A DNA stretch of 63,869 bases, the filler included, from Rhabdomonas costata (lineage: Eukaryota), in the NCBI GenBank assembly GCA_019059605.1. It is 16 parts of 16 records of this genome, joined end to end, with 100 filler letters (N's around TTAATTAATTAA, not from the genome) between each part and the next. Parts side by side here need not be neighbours in the genome. Positions count along the whole stretch, not along the records: positions 11,997 to 15,892 come from JAHMHO010000459.1; positions 15,993 to 19,888 come from JAHMHO010000460.1; positions 19,989 to 23,882 come from JAHMHO010000461.1; positions 23,983 to 27,873 come from JAHMHO010000462.1; 12 more parts are not named here. One strand, given 5' to 3'. The translations under genes and the position numbers were made by a program. Position 1 is the stretch's first letter; every line of letters starts with the position of its first letter. The notes below the pieces were generated by a model that was not told the origin of the DNA, searched no databases, and was given only the letters and a program-made list of their open reading frames with translations. Shown here piece after piece: positions 12,330 through 24,954 of the stretch.

Positions 12330-14545
12330 TGGATCTTCAGCAGCGCCTTCCTGCACAAGTTGCGGGTAACGTTGACCCGCTCCACGGGGTCCTCAACCCA
12401 CACGAGAAACTCCCCCGATGGCCGCGGCGGGGCGGCAGTGGGGTCGCACACCCCAAGCACCCTATTCCCAAAACCCACCCAGAGAGGACGCCATGTGTCA
12501 CATGAAGTTAACCAACAGACATGATATTCACTTACCATAGCAGCTAGGATCTTGGGCGTCGTTCACCTTGGGAGGCCTTCAGGAACTTCATTCAGATGGG
12601 GGTGAGAACTCAGGCTGCGCGAGGTTTTAGCGCCCAGAAATTAGGACCACGGATTGGCCCCAAACATCCTTTCTTTCAAAAACAGTGGCTCAGAAGCGGA
12701 GAGGGCAAAGCATACCCAACCGCAATCTTCTCAATTAACCTGCCCTTGGGGGAACCCGGCAAAAATAACCTTCCCCCTTCTCGACCAAGTGATGAAGTGG
12801 GGGCAAGCGAAATATTCTGGTGGTGGTGCGGAAGACCGTTTGTCAGGCGGGCGGTTGAAGAAAGCTCTGTAGAACTGGAGGCACTGCAGCAATAGCGAAC
12901 CAATGTCCTCCGGAGAGGTCTCAGTACCCCCAGCCCCGCTGTCGCTGCAAGGGGGTACCACAAGTCCCAAAGCTACCGCCTTGTTTACCTGCAACCGCAC
13001 CCACGAAATATGGATGAAGCAGAGAATATGGTGATATCGAGAGACGTGGCTGAGCTTCATCATGTGCTTCAGCCACATTGGGATAACTTTTCTACGCAAC
13101 GGGTGAATAAGCTGTGAAATTTCGAGGGTCCCGGTCCTCCTGATCCTTGGAACTCATGTCGTATGAAGTGAAGTGGTGGTGGAAAATGAAAAAGGTGACT
13201 GGTGGGCGAAATAAAAAAACAGCTAAATGGTGCGACATGCAGACCAATGGCCTTCAGGGGCACTTTAAACAGCATCAAGGACATGCACACCAAAGCCCGA
13301 AGTGTGTTCAAATTGGCCCGCGAAAACGGCGGAGGGGGTTCAGCCCAGCGCAGCAGGCCCTGCCGCTGAAGAAAATGCACCGCCATGAGCACCACCGCAA
13401 AGGAGGGCAGCTGCTGCCGTTGTGAGTCCATGATCTCCATCCGAAGAGCCTGCACACGAACGCGTTGCGGGAAGGTTGAGATAGAAGAAGGCGGCTTGCA
13501 ACGTGCCGGGAATCTGAGCACGACACAACGATTAAAAAATATCGATGCGGAATTCAAAGAAATATCTGCCGTCTTCCGCCAAAATCAAGGTTCAAACATG
13601 GCTCACCTTCCAACAGAGAAAGTGATTTCCGTAACCGCTTCCATTCCAGTGCTGAAAAGAAGATGTTCTGGCACACCAAAAAGAAAACTCAGTGCCGCTG
13701 GAACTATAACTCTCACGCCCGAAATTCCTTGAAACATATTCACAGGTTTGTGAAGAGAGTCTTCAATAAAAATAGGTTTTGTTCTTTTGAAAGTTAATCA
13801 AATAGAGGGCAGGCCAGGTAAACTTTCACCCAGGGTCAAAAGACAGTTCTTGCACCTGTCACAGCAGCAGCGAGCACCAATTACCCTTTCCAGGAGCCGG
13901 AGCAGGGGGCGAGGTGGGAGGGTGTGGGACATGCCCAGCATTTCAGCAGCAGCGCCAGCGGCCGTGCCATGGGGTGCCCCTTCCCCGTGGACCTCTCATT
14001 TGGCTCCCTTGCCGCGCTTCGGGGGTGGGATGACATACCTTAACACCCGACCCAAGACTTTCCAATCTTTTTTTGTTGCAGAAACAACCACTTTGTGGTT
14101 AGCATGCACCCACTTACGTCGTACGTCTTACTAACGGCGATATACCGTACAAAAATGAAACAACGTGCTTTCGAACGACCGTGAAACAACTCAATGGCGT
14201 TGCCCCCTTCTCGGAAGTGTAAGCGCTCCCGGCTTTTAAACTCTTGGGGAGATGCAAGTTAGAACAAAAATGAGCCGGATTCAACTAAGAGTGATATTGA
14301 GCGTGAGCGGTTGAGAGAACCGACCTTGCAGTGAAAACGATCCAAACGACGGACACTTCAGCACAAGCCAACCTTGAGGATCGGTACCCGAGCGGGGATG
14401 ATGACCAAATGAGCCCGCAGCGCGTCTCTGAGGACACGCCGAGCAGCCTGAAAAAAGGTGAGCTCATCGATTGTGTTGCCTGGGCCCGGTACAAAAACCA
14501 CATCCAGGTCTCCTCCAGGGAGAAGCGTACCAGAAAAGGTAGACC
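12330..14545 (-). CDS. Cid1/Trf4-family terminal nucleotidyltransferase (TUTase or non-canonical poly(A) polymerase), partial
   Basis: Exon 14545-14373 reads GSTFSGTLLPGGDLDVVF...IPARVPILK (Pol-beta GS...DxD motif). Later exons give LPSFAVVLMAVHFLQ (~13400), IGSLLLQCLQFY (~12890) and VEDPVERVNVTRNL (~12380), the PAP-associated motifs. Confidence 0.8.
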
Positions 14546-15720
14546 CTGTGTGCGTGTGTGTGTGGGTGGGTGGGTGTGCGTGGATTCATTTCTTCTTTCG
14601 AGATGAGCGTTTTCCCGACCAAATCCCGGGGGAATTTCGTCTGTTTCCGATCCATTGACATTCCGATTTTTTTAGAAACAACTTTCGTTCACTTCTTCAG
14701 GCTGTTCACACAATTTTCAAGACTGAAGCGCACTGGCTTTTGGCACTGCTCCCAAGCAAAGACGTGAATTTGGAGCGCACGGAAGGCCACCAATATGAAA
14801 GCCTTAAACACCGAAACATACTGACAATACCAACACCTATACAACTGCGTTTCGAAGAGACAGCACATACCCCTTTACCCGCGACAGGATTATTGCTTGT
14901 TGGATTACAAACATCACGTTCATGTCCCAAAAATCCCGACAACAAGCGAAAAGAAGCGTTCGGAACAGACCGCAATCAATAAAGCTCCACTTGTGGTCTC
15001 GCGTCACATAGAACCGGGAAACACACAAATTTTGGTCTGTTCTCTCAAGGTGGGGTTTGTCAGACTGTCTCTGCCAGGCTTTGGAAAGGTAGAGACACAT
15101 GAAAAAGTCAAAAACTGTGCTGCTGTTTCTTTTGAAAGGGATTTAGTGGGGTTTAGGCGTTTAGGAGTTTGGGCTATGCTCGATAATTAGGTTCCGAGTT
15201 TCTGTTTCCATTAGAGCTAGTCCAAACATTAGCTGGACCCTGAATAAAGTTAACACAAGAGGGCGAGGAAACAAAACCAAGAAGCGCACCGTACAAAAGC
15301 ACACTGGACCCTGGATAGGCGCGCACAAGTGAGTCACGAATAACGCGGTACAGCTGTATCCGCCTCGGAAAGGTCGCCGCTGAAGTTCGCGCCAGGTTCT
15401 AACGAAATGGGCGTTGGAACAACAGAAATCTTCTCAGCGGAACTCGGACTAGTGACGGAGCGTTCGCCACTAACAATTTGCGCTTTCATTCTTTCGGGGA
15501 TCTGGACCAGAGCTTGAGGTGCTGACTGAAGCGGCCACATCATCCCTCCTATTCAGCACTGTTGGTTCTTGCAGCATGGAGCGAGCATGGTGATGGCAAC
15601 ATGGACCATGAGCAACCAGGGCCCTCTCAAGGGCCCTCAAGACCAGCACTGCAGCCACTGCTACGGCAGGGTTAGCATGGGTTACCCTTCACCTCTAGCG
15701 CTACTTGCACGGTTGGAGTG

Positions 15721-15886
15721 GTGGGAGTGCCCAGCCAACATCGTGACATCCTACAGTGGCATCAGCATCGGCATCGCTAACGGTGGGTTAGAGTGACGTT
15801 AGAGATGGTGCCAATCCCACCCCTGTTGCGCAGAGACATCAACACTGCCACTATTGGATGTCACGATGTTGGCTGGGCACTCCCAC
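15721..15886. repeat. Fold-back inverted repeat at contig end (15721-15751 / 15856-15886)
   Basis: Perfect 31-bp arms. Confidence 0.9.
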
Positions 15887-16000
15887 AACCACNNNNNNNN
15901 NNNNNNNNNNNNNNNNNNNNNNNNNNNNNNNNNNNNTTAATTAATTAANNNNNNNNNNNNNNNNNNNNNNNNNNNNNNNNNNNNNNNNNNNNGGGGGGGT

Positions 16001-16113
16001 TGCCACCCTCATTGTTCAGAGTACTGCGTAAATACGCACGGCCCCGCTTTTTTCTCTCACCTCCGACCGGGGCCGTGCGTATTTACGCAGTACTCTGAAC
16101 AATGAGGGTGGCA
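16001..16113. repeat. Fold-back inverted repeat at contig start (16001-16046 / 16068-16113)
   Basis: Perfect 46-bp arms with a 21-nt loop. Confidence 0.9.
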
Positions 16114-17076
16114 GCTTCACCCCTGGGCTGGAAAACGGCCTTCGCCAACCACTTTCTCAATCTCCAAAAGCGAAAAAGGAGGCAAGCAGGGGGATAAAGC
16201 CCGCCAGTAGGATTTCGCCAGTTGATTGCACGGAGACAGAGAGAGTTACTCCCGCAGCAGAATTCTGCAGTGCGAAAGAAGTGAAACAAACGAAGCGAGC
16301 CCAGCACAGCCGTCCCGTCTAATTTGAACGGCTCCCTTTTGGAGCGTGCTGGTCCTATGAAGGGTGGTCAGGGTACCCGACATTATCAGGCTCGCAGAAG
16401 ATGCGTGTATCAAACTCTGCCCCGATTAACCTCCGTGCAAGTGGGGTGGGGGAGGGGGGCGAAAAACGAAAACTCGAAATATGACAGCAAAAGAGGCTCG
16501 CACAGAACTGCAGGGTGCCGAAAGCAAGAGCCTGCGAAATCTGGAAAGCTGGAAGCTGTCCCTCAAATCTATAGGTGGAAAACAGGTGGAGGTTGGGGAA
16601 GGGGTAACAGTTTCCAGTGGCAACAAATTTTTCTAATGGGAAGATTAGATAATTCGTTGAAGCCTCCCCAGGTCGCTTTCCCGCCCCCAGGCGGCCGCGA
16701 CGCGGATTGGAATTCGCCCCTAAACTAACACTCTCCTCCTCGTCTGCATATCCTCACCACACGCTAGTCCTTAGCAGTATTTGAACTAAAAGCAAAAACA
16801 CAGATTCGTGCTCTCTTTGCGGACGCCACGTGTAGCGGCATGCAAACATGGACTCAGGATTCTCGGCCGTGGATGCCCCAAAAAGTCTTGTTGACCGTGA
16901 AAGCGCCCAGAAAGCCATAGAACAGACGCTGAAGGATAACTTAACGTGCCCGGTGACGAGTTCCTCAATCAGTGCAGCTGCACTGCCTTGACATGCGGCA
17001 TCAAAGAGCACGCAGCCGAAGCGCAATTTGCTGGTGCTGTGTGGGCGATAAAGTACTGGGCAGCTGCACCCGCCAG

Positions 17077-19095
17077 CTACAGTTCGCTGGTAGATGACCG
17101 GACCACTGTGTCCTCGTCTTCGTCATAGCCCTCGGGGTCGGCGAAAGGGGCGTCCGTCAGGCTGGCCACCTTCATTCCCTGAGCCCGCATGGCGCGGCGC
17201 ATCCTTTCATTGATCCCCTCCAAGCCTTGCTCTTTCTCGTGCTTCTTGGTGATAACGTCAAGAAACCTGTGCAAGTGACACGCACAGCCCCCTTCAGATA
17301 CAGCCTGCGTTCACATCTCGGTGACGCAACTAGAAAGCGAGAATATCCAGGAGCAGGGACTGCAAGGCCAAAACAGCGGTAGCGCAAGCAAACTCTGGAG
17401 CGAGCTGTAAGGGGGGACTTATACTGGATGCACACCGGAAGCTAATTCAAGACACTGAATGGCACTCGTCGTTCAACAACCTCCTAACTTTTTGTAGATC
17501 GCTTACCCTTGGTTACGTGGCGCGTGGTGCGTGAAGCTGTTGCCGCGATGGGAAATCCAACTGTTGTATCTTCGGACGCTTCCTGTCCTAAAAAAAAGAC
17601 TTTATTATCTGAAACAAACGAGGTCTCTCCTCTCCACTGGGTTCAAAGCAAAAAGCACATGCAAAGCAACTACATCCAGTGGAAAGAGAACCCCTCCCCA
17701 AGAGAGCCTGTCGAGAGTGCCAAAGGGCCCCACACCAGTCCGTGAAGTGCTTATGCAGCTTCATGTCAATCTCGTGCTCGGAAACCTTCTGGTTGTCAAA
17801 AACGAACTCCGCGACCTCCTGCAGGAACTCCCGCATGGTCTTCATGTACAGCGGCATCCGCACGGCATCAGCGACGGCCTCGCTCATGGAGCTGATGTTC
17901 ATCGCAGAGAAGACGTGGTTGCCGAAATCCCCGCTGAAAGGTGAGAGGCACGTGCAAAGACGGTGGGGGTGCGCTCCGGCCGCACCGCGGACTGGCCTTC
18001 GATCTAAAATATTGCTCTCCACCTTGTCCGCCCAAATCACAGCATCAAGTCAGTCTGTAGTCCGTAGTCCAGCATCAATTTTACCGTGCTGACAGAACAA
18101 CAACAACAACAGTTCAGGGGAAAACGGCGAGGACTGAAAGGGTTTCTGCCGGGTACCAGGGTTCAGCGGTGCAATAATGTCATAAATGTAATATGTCCAC
18201 TTTGCTCCTTTTGTTTTCATTGACACCGAGCAATTGCCACGCACCAGCGATCCTCCACGCGCTCAACGAACAGCTCGCAGCGATCAATGTAGCGGTCATT
18301 CTTCTTCCACTTGTACCGAGACTTCCCTTCCTGAGCCGCGTGCCGGGTGTGTACCAATGAGAATATCAGCACGTGGGTGTGAGCGTGCGTGTGCGTGTCC
18401 GTGATTGTGGAGCATCTGCGTGCAAGTGGCAGCGTATCAGAGAAAAGCTGGAAACCTGAAGGAGCTGAATGCACACCCGAGAGTCATTCCATAACAGTCA
18501 CTCGATAACATCATTTCGCGGCATCACAGCCAAGACTGAAGGGGTTAAGGCCTTCTGCACTTCGCAATTGCTCCGGCAAAGTCGCTTGCTCAACTTAAAG
18601 GTTTTGGTTCACTCAAAACTGGTGGAGGATTAGTCGAATAGCTTTGAACAAGAGAATCTCCGTGCATCCTAACGAAGGAAAAGAAATAAAAGAACATTGA
18701 AAAGAAATGAAAAATGGCATAAAGTCGGAAAGTCCAGACCAAGCAATTGGAAGGAAGCACCCGTCTCCTTTCTGAAAGTTCATTTTTTCCTGTGGCGCCT
18801 ATTAATAAAAAAAACATGGCACTTCAACATTGCTGTAGCGGGAAACATGGCTGCAGTTGTTCATCTGAAGGGGTGGGCCAATTATCGATGCAATGTTCTT
18901 TTGTGAAAGTGCTCAAAAGATGACGATGCACATATGTCATCACATCCATACCGCCTCGCAGATAGCTTTGGCGTATCCCCCGATAAGCTCCGTGAGGTGG
19001 CTGAACTGCGACTTGGCGTGCCGCACAGGCTCCTTCTTCGGTTCCGACGAAGGAATCAGAGCCAGGCCCAGCACAAGGCCCAGCACCAGCGCAAC
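17077..19095 (-). CDS. Secretory-pathway hypothetical protein (signal-peptide-like N-terminus, ends TSEL*)
   Basis: Exons at ~19095-18952, ~18330-18246, ~17934-17736 and ~17266-17077. GT-AG joins EDRC|GDFG and HFTDW|FLDV are in frame. Hydrophobic VALVLGLVLGLALIP near the start. Resemblance to canopy/saposin-like ER proteins is weak. Confidence 0.55.
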
Positions 19096-19134
19096 TGTGC
19101 AAAAGCTCCGAGACATCTCGAAGCTAAAAACCAG

Positions 19135-19166
<32 letters not shown>

Positions 19167-19987
19167 AGAGAGAAACCGCTAGAAATCAGAGAGAGAGAGA
19201 GAGACAGAAACCGGGGTGCCAAAAAAGCAAAACAACAGAAAGCAGAGAAAAAGCGGAAAAGGCCTAAATGTTACCCCGACTGGAGTGAGCAGAAAAGCTG
19301 TGAAAACCCGTGACGGGAGGTGGGAGAAAGGATCACGTAAGGCCATGAGTTGATCAGAGAGGCAGGTGACGGAGTTATCCAACTGGAAAAAGGTTCGGGC
19401 ACATTATCTGGGGGATGGCTGGATGGAAAAAGATGTTCCATTGCTGTCTGGTCACGATGTCCAGTGTTTAAAAATCCGGCACAAACAACAGAAGCTAAGA
19501 AGCAACGAGGACAGAGAACAGTATGGGTACCTGTCAGGACCACCCTTGATAGATTTCCCAGCCTCCTATTCTTTTGTGGTCCTCAATGTTGATTACAAAG
19601 TCAGCAAACAAAGGTACCAGCGACCAGTCAGAGGTGATCGGAACAACGAGACTCCACATAGAGTCGCCCCACCGTAAATGTAGGCGTGTGTGTATTGAGC
19701 GGGGGGGGGGGCAGTCACCATAAATATAACCAGAGCTTCGCTTACTTGTGTCCGGCAGGCTTGACAAATGTCAAATACATCATGATTGACGAGAAAAACG
19801 TTGATGATAATGCCAAACTTTCGTTAGGTACTCGGCAACCTGCTTCGGGACCCGCACCCTGGACCTACACACAGTTACCAAACCAACCNNNNNNNNNNNN
19901 NNNNNNNNNNNNNNNNNNNNNNNNNNNNNNNNTTAATTAATTAANNNNNNNNNNNNNNNNNNNNNNNNNNNNNNNNNNNNNNNNNNN

Positions 19988-22071
19988 NGGTTTTGGGGGT
20001 CTGGAAGTCTGCTGGTCACACGGGCAGCAAAGGATCGCATCCAGGCGGAAGGGGGGTTGCGCAAAACCTTCATGTCGGAAATGGTGCCCAGCAGGATATG
20101 CAGACCCTCACGTTTGTCCGGGCCGACATACTCCATGGCATCCTGCAAAAGATCTCCAAGTACCTCTTCATCTCCATCGTCGTCTGGCCCGCAAGGAAGA
20201 GAACAAAATTCCTGAGCCTCTTCAATGTCCTCTGCTTCGAGCTGAAAGCCATCCACAAGTGATGCCGTTGACGAATATTCCGAAGTGGACGCTTCCGAAG
20301 AAGAATCAGGCTCTGGCGCCGTTGATGCAGTCAGCTGCGGGGGAAATAATTCAGCTTGTTTTGAAGCGGAGGAGTAGAAGAGGAACACCTCGTCGTTGAT
20401 ATCCAATAATATATTGGGAAAACTGAATGACAGCTCATCCACATAATTTTGATAGCACGCAAACCAGACTCTGTCTCCTCGGATGTTTCGGCTGGACTGT
20501 ATGCAAGTCCATCCTCGTCTAGCTTTTGAGGTGCTGGAGAAAAGTACTGCTACGAGGGAACCAGAGTCCTGCAAAGAAGCGCTCGGAGCTAATGTCACTT
20601 TCTGGGAAGCCTTCCAGTGCAAGACTGAGAGCCCGGAAAGTGCTGCAGTTGCTGTGGACTTGCAGGAGGAACAAGCGCTGGGAATGACCATGTCTCGAAT
20701 GGACGCCTGCAACAGATCAGTCGTACCCACCACATCTCCCTCGATCAATACTCCCGTGGCGATGAAGAAGTTGACTTTGGTGCGGCGAAAGATTTCATGA
20801 GACAAGGCAGTGCACGATCTCTTTTGTATGACCGAATTGTCGGAGCAAGTCCGTTTGTCGGAGATCCATTCCTTCAGCAGCGAGACCCAATTTTCCGGGG
20901 GAGCTTCGTCCAAAACCTTCCACTGCTTGTCGTTGACCCTCTTCCCCTCCCATAAATCGCGCAGGGTAGACACCAGGTCTCGTGCCAACGGAAACAATGG
21001 TGAGAGTAGTGCGGAGCGCAACTCTGCAGTTGCCATGATGGCGTGAATGATTGCAGTCATCGTCCCAGCTGAGGATGGTGGAAGATGCAGTGGCATTATC
21101 CAGCCCGAGGGTCCCACAGCAGGCTTGTGCTTGTTTGTTGGAACTGCAAGAGTCACCGGAGGAGAAGGGATGCTATCCAGAAAATCTTCCACGGACTGCA
21201 ACTCCTGCTGGCTGTATCCCCACGTCAGAGAACCATGTGCAATTTTCCATTCAGATCTTGGTCCGCATTGCTCCTCAAAGTAAGGTATGAGGTCATCTCT
21301 GGAAGCCATCACCGCGTCTTCCAGCATCCGGATCAACAAAGGTGGGCATGTTGTCATCCTCCACGCCGTGATGGGAAGAGCATGCAGAGTCACCAACTGC
21401 GTACTGAGCCCGTGAGTTAGACCCCCCATTTTCGCTGTATGAAATCTCGCATTTCCAGGTTCGCCAGAAGGTCTCACCGCAAGTCTTGCACCTCGAATGA
21501 AACGGTCGTGAACACGAATGACATTCATCCATCCCATGGCATTGTTGTTCGGCACTGCAAAGTTGGATGCCGTGCGGTTGGATAACTCTGGAGGCCACAC
21601 CGGGCTGAGAAAAGGTATTCGTCCAGGATTTTTTGTGCAAAAACTGCACAGAGCAACATGAAGCACCTCGTCCAAGAGAAAAACCCTTGTCAAAACATCG
21701 CCGACCAAAGTAGTCGTTGGGGAGTCCCATCCAGGTGCCAGCTCAGGTGCGCCTGTGTGTTGGGAGTTTGATGCCAACCATTTGCCTTGCTGAAAGTTTT
21801 GAATGGGAAGACTTTCGTGATCCCCAGACACCAACATCATCCTGCATCGGCCGCACTTTGTATCCCATGGAGCATTGGCCATTTCTACAAATTCCTCCAT
21901 CGATGTTGGTGGGATTCCACCGCCAGTTGCACCGTCGCCAACGCCTGGTAATGTGAGATCAAAGGAGGGAAACTCTTGTACCCACATTCTCCGGACGGAA
22001 GGCGGGAGCATCACCCAGGTGGAAATGTTTCCAGTCTTGAGCCGTTCTGCAACCCTGGCTGCCCAGCCCAA
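19988..22071 (-). CDS. Long intronless ORF: CxxC...CxxC zinc module, pseudo-USP (peptidase C19-like) fold and acidic tract; runs off the contig
   Basis: About 695 uninterrupted codons. CGRC and CSFC...PPEL lie in the N-terminal part. USP-like elements are AIIHAIMATAELRSALL...LRDLW, CSSC, SLVAVLF...GWTC...VWFACYQNYV and EVFLFY. Confidence 0.6.
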
Positions 22072-22437
22072 GATCTCTGTCTGGGAGTCCTTGGTGGAGT
22101 AGAAGTTGAACCCCAGGCAGAGACAGCAGAACCGGGAAGATGTAATGCCGGACTATAAAAAGAAGCACAAAGACGGAATGGTACGTGTTACACGTGTTAT
22201 TAGCTGTTAAAGAAAGCGTAACATACCAATTGGCGGTTAAACGATGCTTGCCTCCGTATCTGGCGGAAGTGGTCATTCACTGGTAAACCTTTGAGAAACT
22301 GGGCGTGCTTCTCCACGTCCACCGCGCGGCAAAGACGAACGTCCGTCCGGCCGCATCGCACACAAAAGTTCTTTCGATTGGCGAGGTTAGAATCCTCTCC
22401 TGGTTGGTCAGTTGGTCAGCGGGAAAAACGTCGTGGA

Positions 22438-23600
22438 TTAATTGCTTCGGTGGAAGGACATCTGGCTCCTGGGGCTCTGGGACACGCTTGGGACACGCAC
22501 TGGCCAGTGGATGTGTCCAGACGGTCGAAAGATGACCACGTGGAAGGACGCCTCAGCTGTGGCGTGTAACCCTTCGACTTGTCGGAGCCGCGTCCAACAA
22601 AAGACGTCCAAGTTGGCGTCGCGGAAACGTTCACCAATTTTAGCAACCATCTCCTTCAGGGATGGCTGCTTGGAGCCGTACGCCTCCCATGTCCCTGAAA
22701 GGTAACGAAGAGCGCGCCGCCCTTTGAACATGAAGTCGTACTGCTCCCCGTCGCTGGCCTCCATGTTGAGCGTGAACCCAACAAACCATTGCTTGGTCTT
22801 TCGATCACTGAAGCAAGACAAAAAATGATGATGTGAAGGAAATGAAGAACCTCCAAAAACAGTGCTGGTTGATAACAAATATGGCAGTGTGAATCCATGC
22901 ATCCATCCATACTTGATGCAGAAGGGGCATGCTTCCGCGCCTGCTTTGTAGGTGTAAAATGATTCGCAGTTGCCGCAGCCCTCGTAGAAAACCGTCTCGG
23001 AAGCGTTCAGGCTCAGCACCTTGCAGCTGCGGAAAAAAGCACCCTGGATGGCCTGAGCCTCCATGTTCACTTGCTTGTATGCCGCCGCAGAAAACCACTC
23101 GAAGGGGTTGTAGCCTTCGCACAGTGTTGGTAGGAGAACAGGAATGTCTCCGCCAAACATTTCGACGAGGTCGATCTTCGCGTTGTCCCAGGTCGACCCA
23201 CGGGAGCGGAACGGGTTCAAACCCAGACCTGAAAGACGGGAGTAAATCGGACGTTCGCATTTCCTTGTTGAGTGCAGGCACGAAGCGGTATGAACACAAT
23301 GCTTCTTTTTCTTTTTGGAAACACACCAGTTCCCACTTGAAAGGCCTCCTTGCACTTTTTTTGCAGCAACCCGAACTGATCGTTGTCGATGCAAATGGCT
23401 GCGACCTTGCCCTTCCTGTCCATCACCCACAACATGTTGGAGGTGGACTTCTTCGCTGGGGTGTTTACCTTTCGGATCTTTGCCTGGCCGGGGAATGTCC
23501 TTTGGGCTATCTCAAGCTCCGTCTTCTCGACGACGGCGTGCAGGACAAGGCAATCCAGAGCGTAGATTTCCTCACGCTCTGGCCCGTTGGAGAAATGTAC
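22438..23600 (-). CDS. RPA70-like OB-fold protein with C4 zinc ribbon (spliced, possibly frameshifted)
   Basis: MLWVMDRKGKVAAICID...FQVG looks like a first OB fold. FYEGCGNC...CPFC followed by WFVGFTLNMEASD matches the zinc-containing DBD-C pattern of RPA70. Confidence 0.55.
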
Positions 23601-24954
23601 GACAGCCCTTGCTCAATGTGGACGAGTCCCAGATCCTGGACTTGCTTCATTCTTTCGTTTGCCATGGCAAATAAAGCTGAAAGAAACTGCAAAAAGTGAA
23701 AAGCATGAAAAGCTGAGTTGCTCCCCTCTTTCTTTGCTTACAATAAAGCAGCAACGCAATCGCTACGTTTTCGTGCTCCTCCTGCTCCTCCTATGCTTCT
23801 TCTTCATTTTGCAGAATTTTCGTATGTGCTGCGGGATTTTGATTCCCTCCTATGCCCCCCTGATTTCCCTCTCCCCACACCCNNNNNNNNNNNNNNNNNN
23901 NNNNNNNNNNNNNNNNNNNNNNNNNNTTAATTAATTAANNNNNNNNNNNNNNNNNNNNNNNNNNNNNNNNNNNNNNNNNNNNTTGTTTTGTGGTTTTTTC
24001 CTTTGTTCCTGTTGTGCTCGCCCATGCTTTGTTCGTCTCCTTGTTCTGCTGAGGTTGCTGTACGTGACCCCATTTCCCATGTAGTCAATGTTGTTTCACA
24101 ATGGGGCACCCAGCCTACCATAAAAGTCAACATTGACCCAATGGGGAAGAGCAGGGGAATTATTGACCCAAAAAAGTGCATTCTAAAATTGAGCATTGTC
24201 AGTTCGAGTGGGCTTCACGCACCTAAATTGCATTGTTTCATGGAGCTTTTCTCCACTCGCTTCGGGCTCAGGGACGTAAATTGGCATTTTTCCGGCACGA
24301 CGCCATCAAGACACAGCAAAAAGTTCCCAACCTCCAGTGGTTAACAAGACTGGCCAGACCACCGGCGGTAGGGCCATTCTACCGGTGTGTGCTCCAATAG
24401 AAGACTGGAATGTTAGGTTGTAATGCACTTTGCCAGGGGGTTCCAATAAAGGGTTTTCGCAGTGGGTTAGAAGGTAACTCACATGGTCTAGGCTTGCAGA
24501 GTACAGCGGCCCAAGGTCCGTTTTTACAAGTCCCTTTTCCAGGGGGGGGAGGCGGGCAAAAAAACGACCTGGTTGTCAAAGCGGATATTCAAGCGCTGCA
24601 CACTGTTTGAAGTACGGTCACTGGCGCAAACAGATGGTAACCATGGAGCAGTGCTCCCACGGCACGAAACAGCACGGCCTCCCCAATGGAGTTCCAAAGC
24701 GGAGAACGAATCAAGACCACCACGGAGTCTGAGCATTCCTGCAAACAAAAGAAAGCCCGCTAATCTCGACAGCAAGTGCTGGTACCACGAAAGGGGATCG
24801 GGTGCCAACACGACATGAAACTCATATGATGTGGCAGAACGTGTTGCAAACCAATTCTATAAAAACACATGATATAAAGGGCAAGCAGCATTACCATAGA
24901 ACACAACAACCAAGCAGCAACTCGCGGAAAAAGCATATTTGATAGGGAATGCAC

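Noticed and set aside
14546-14775. Possible non-conventional intron joining LQIHVF to GSTF in the TUTase gene
   Set aside because: The upstream exon is not convincingly coding, I see no euglenid-type paired intron ends, and this contig appears rearranged.
16001-16113. Hairpins as terminators, MITEs or pre-miRNAs
   Set aside because: The arms are perfect, unrelated to each other, lack target-site duplications and occur only at contig ends, which fits fold-back chimeras.
19133-19205. REREREK peptide and other (GA)n, (CA)n and (CCA)n tracts
   Set aside because: Ordinary intronic or intergenic microsatellites.
22929-23699. 256-aa plus-strand ORF and many similar Arg/Pro/Ser-rich ORFs
   Set aside because: Antisense or off-frame shadows of GC-rich exons, with no motifs.
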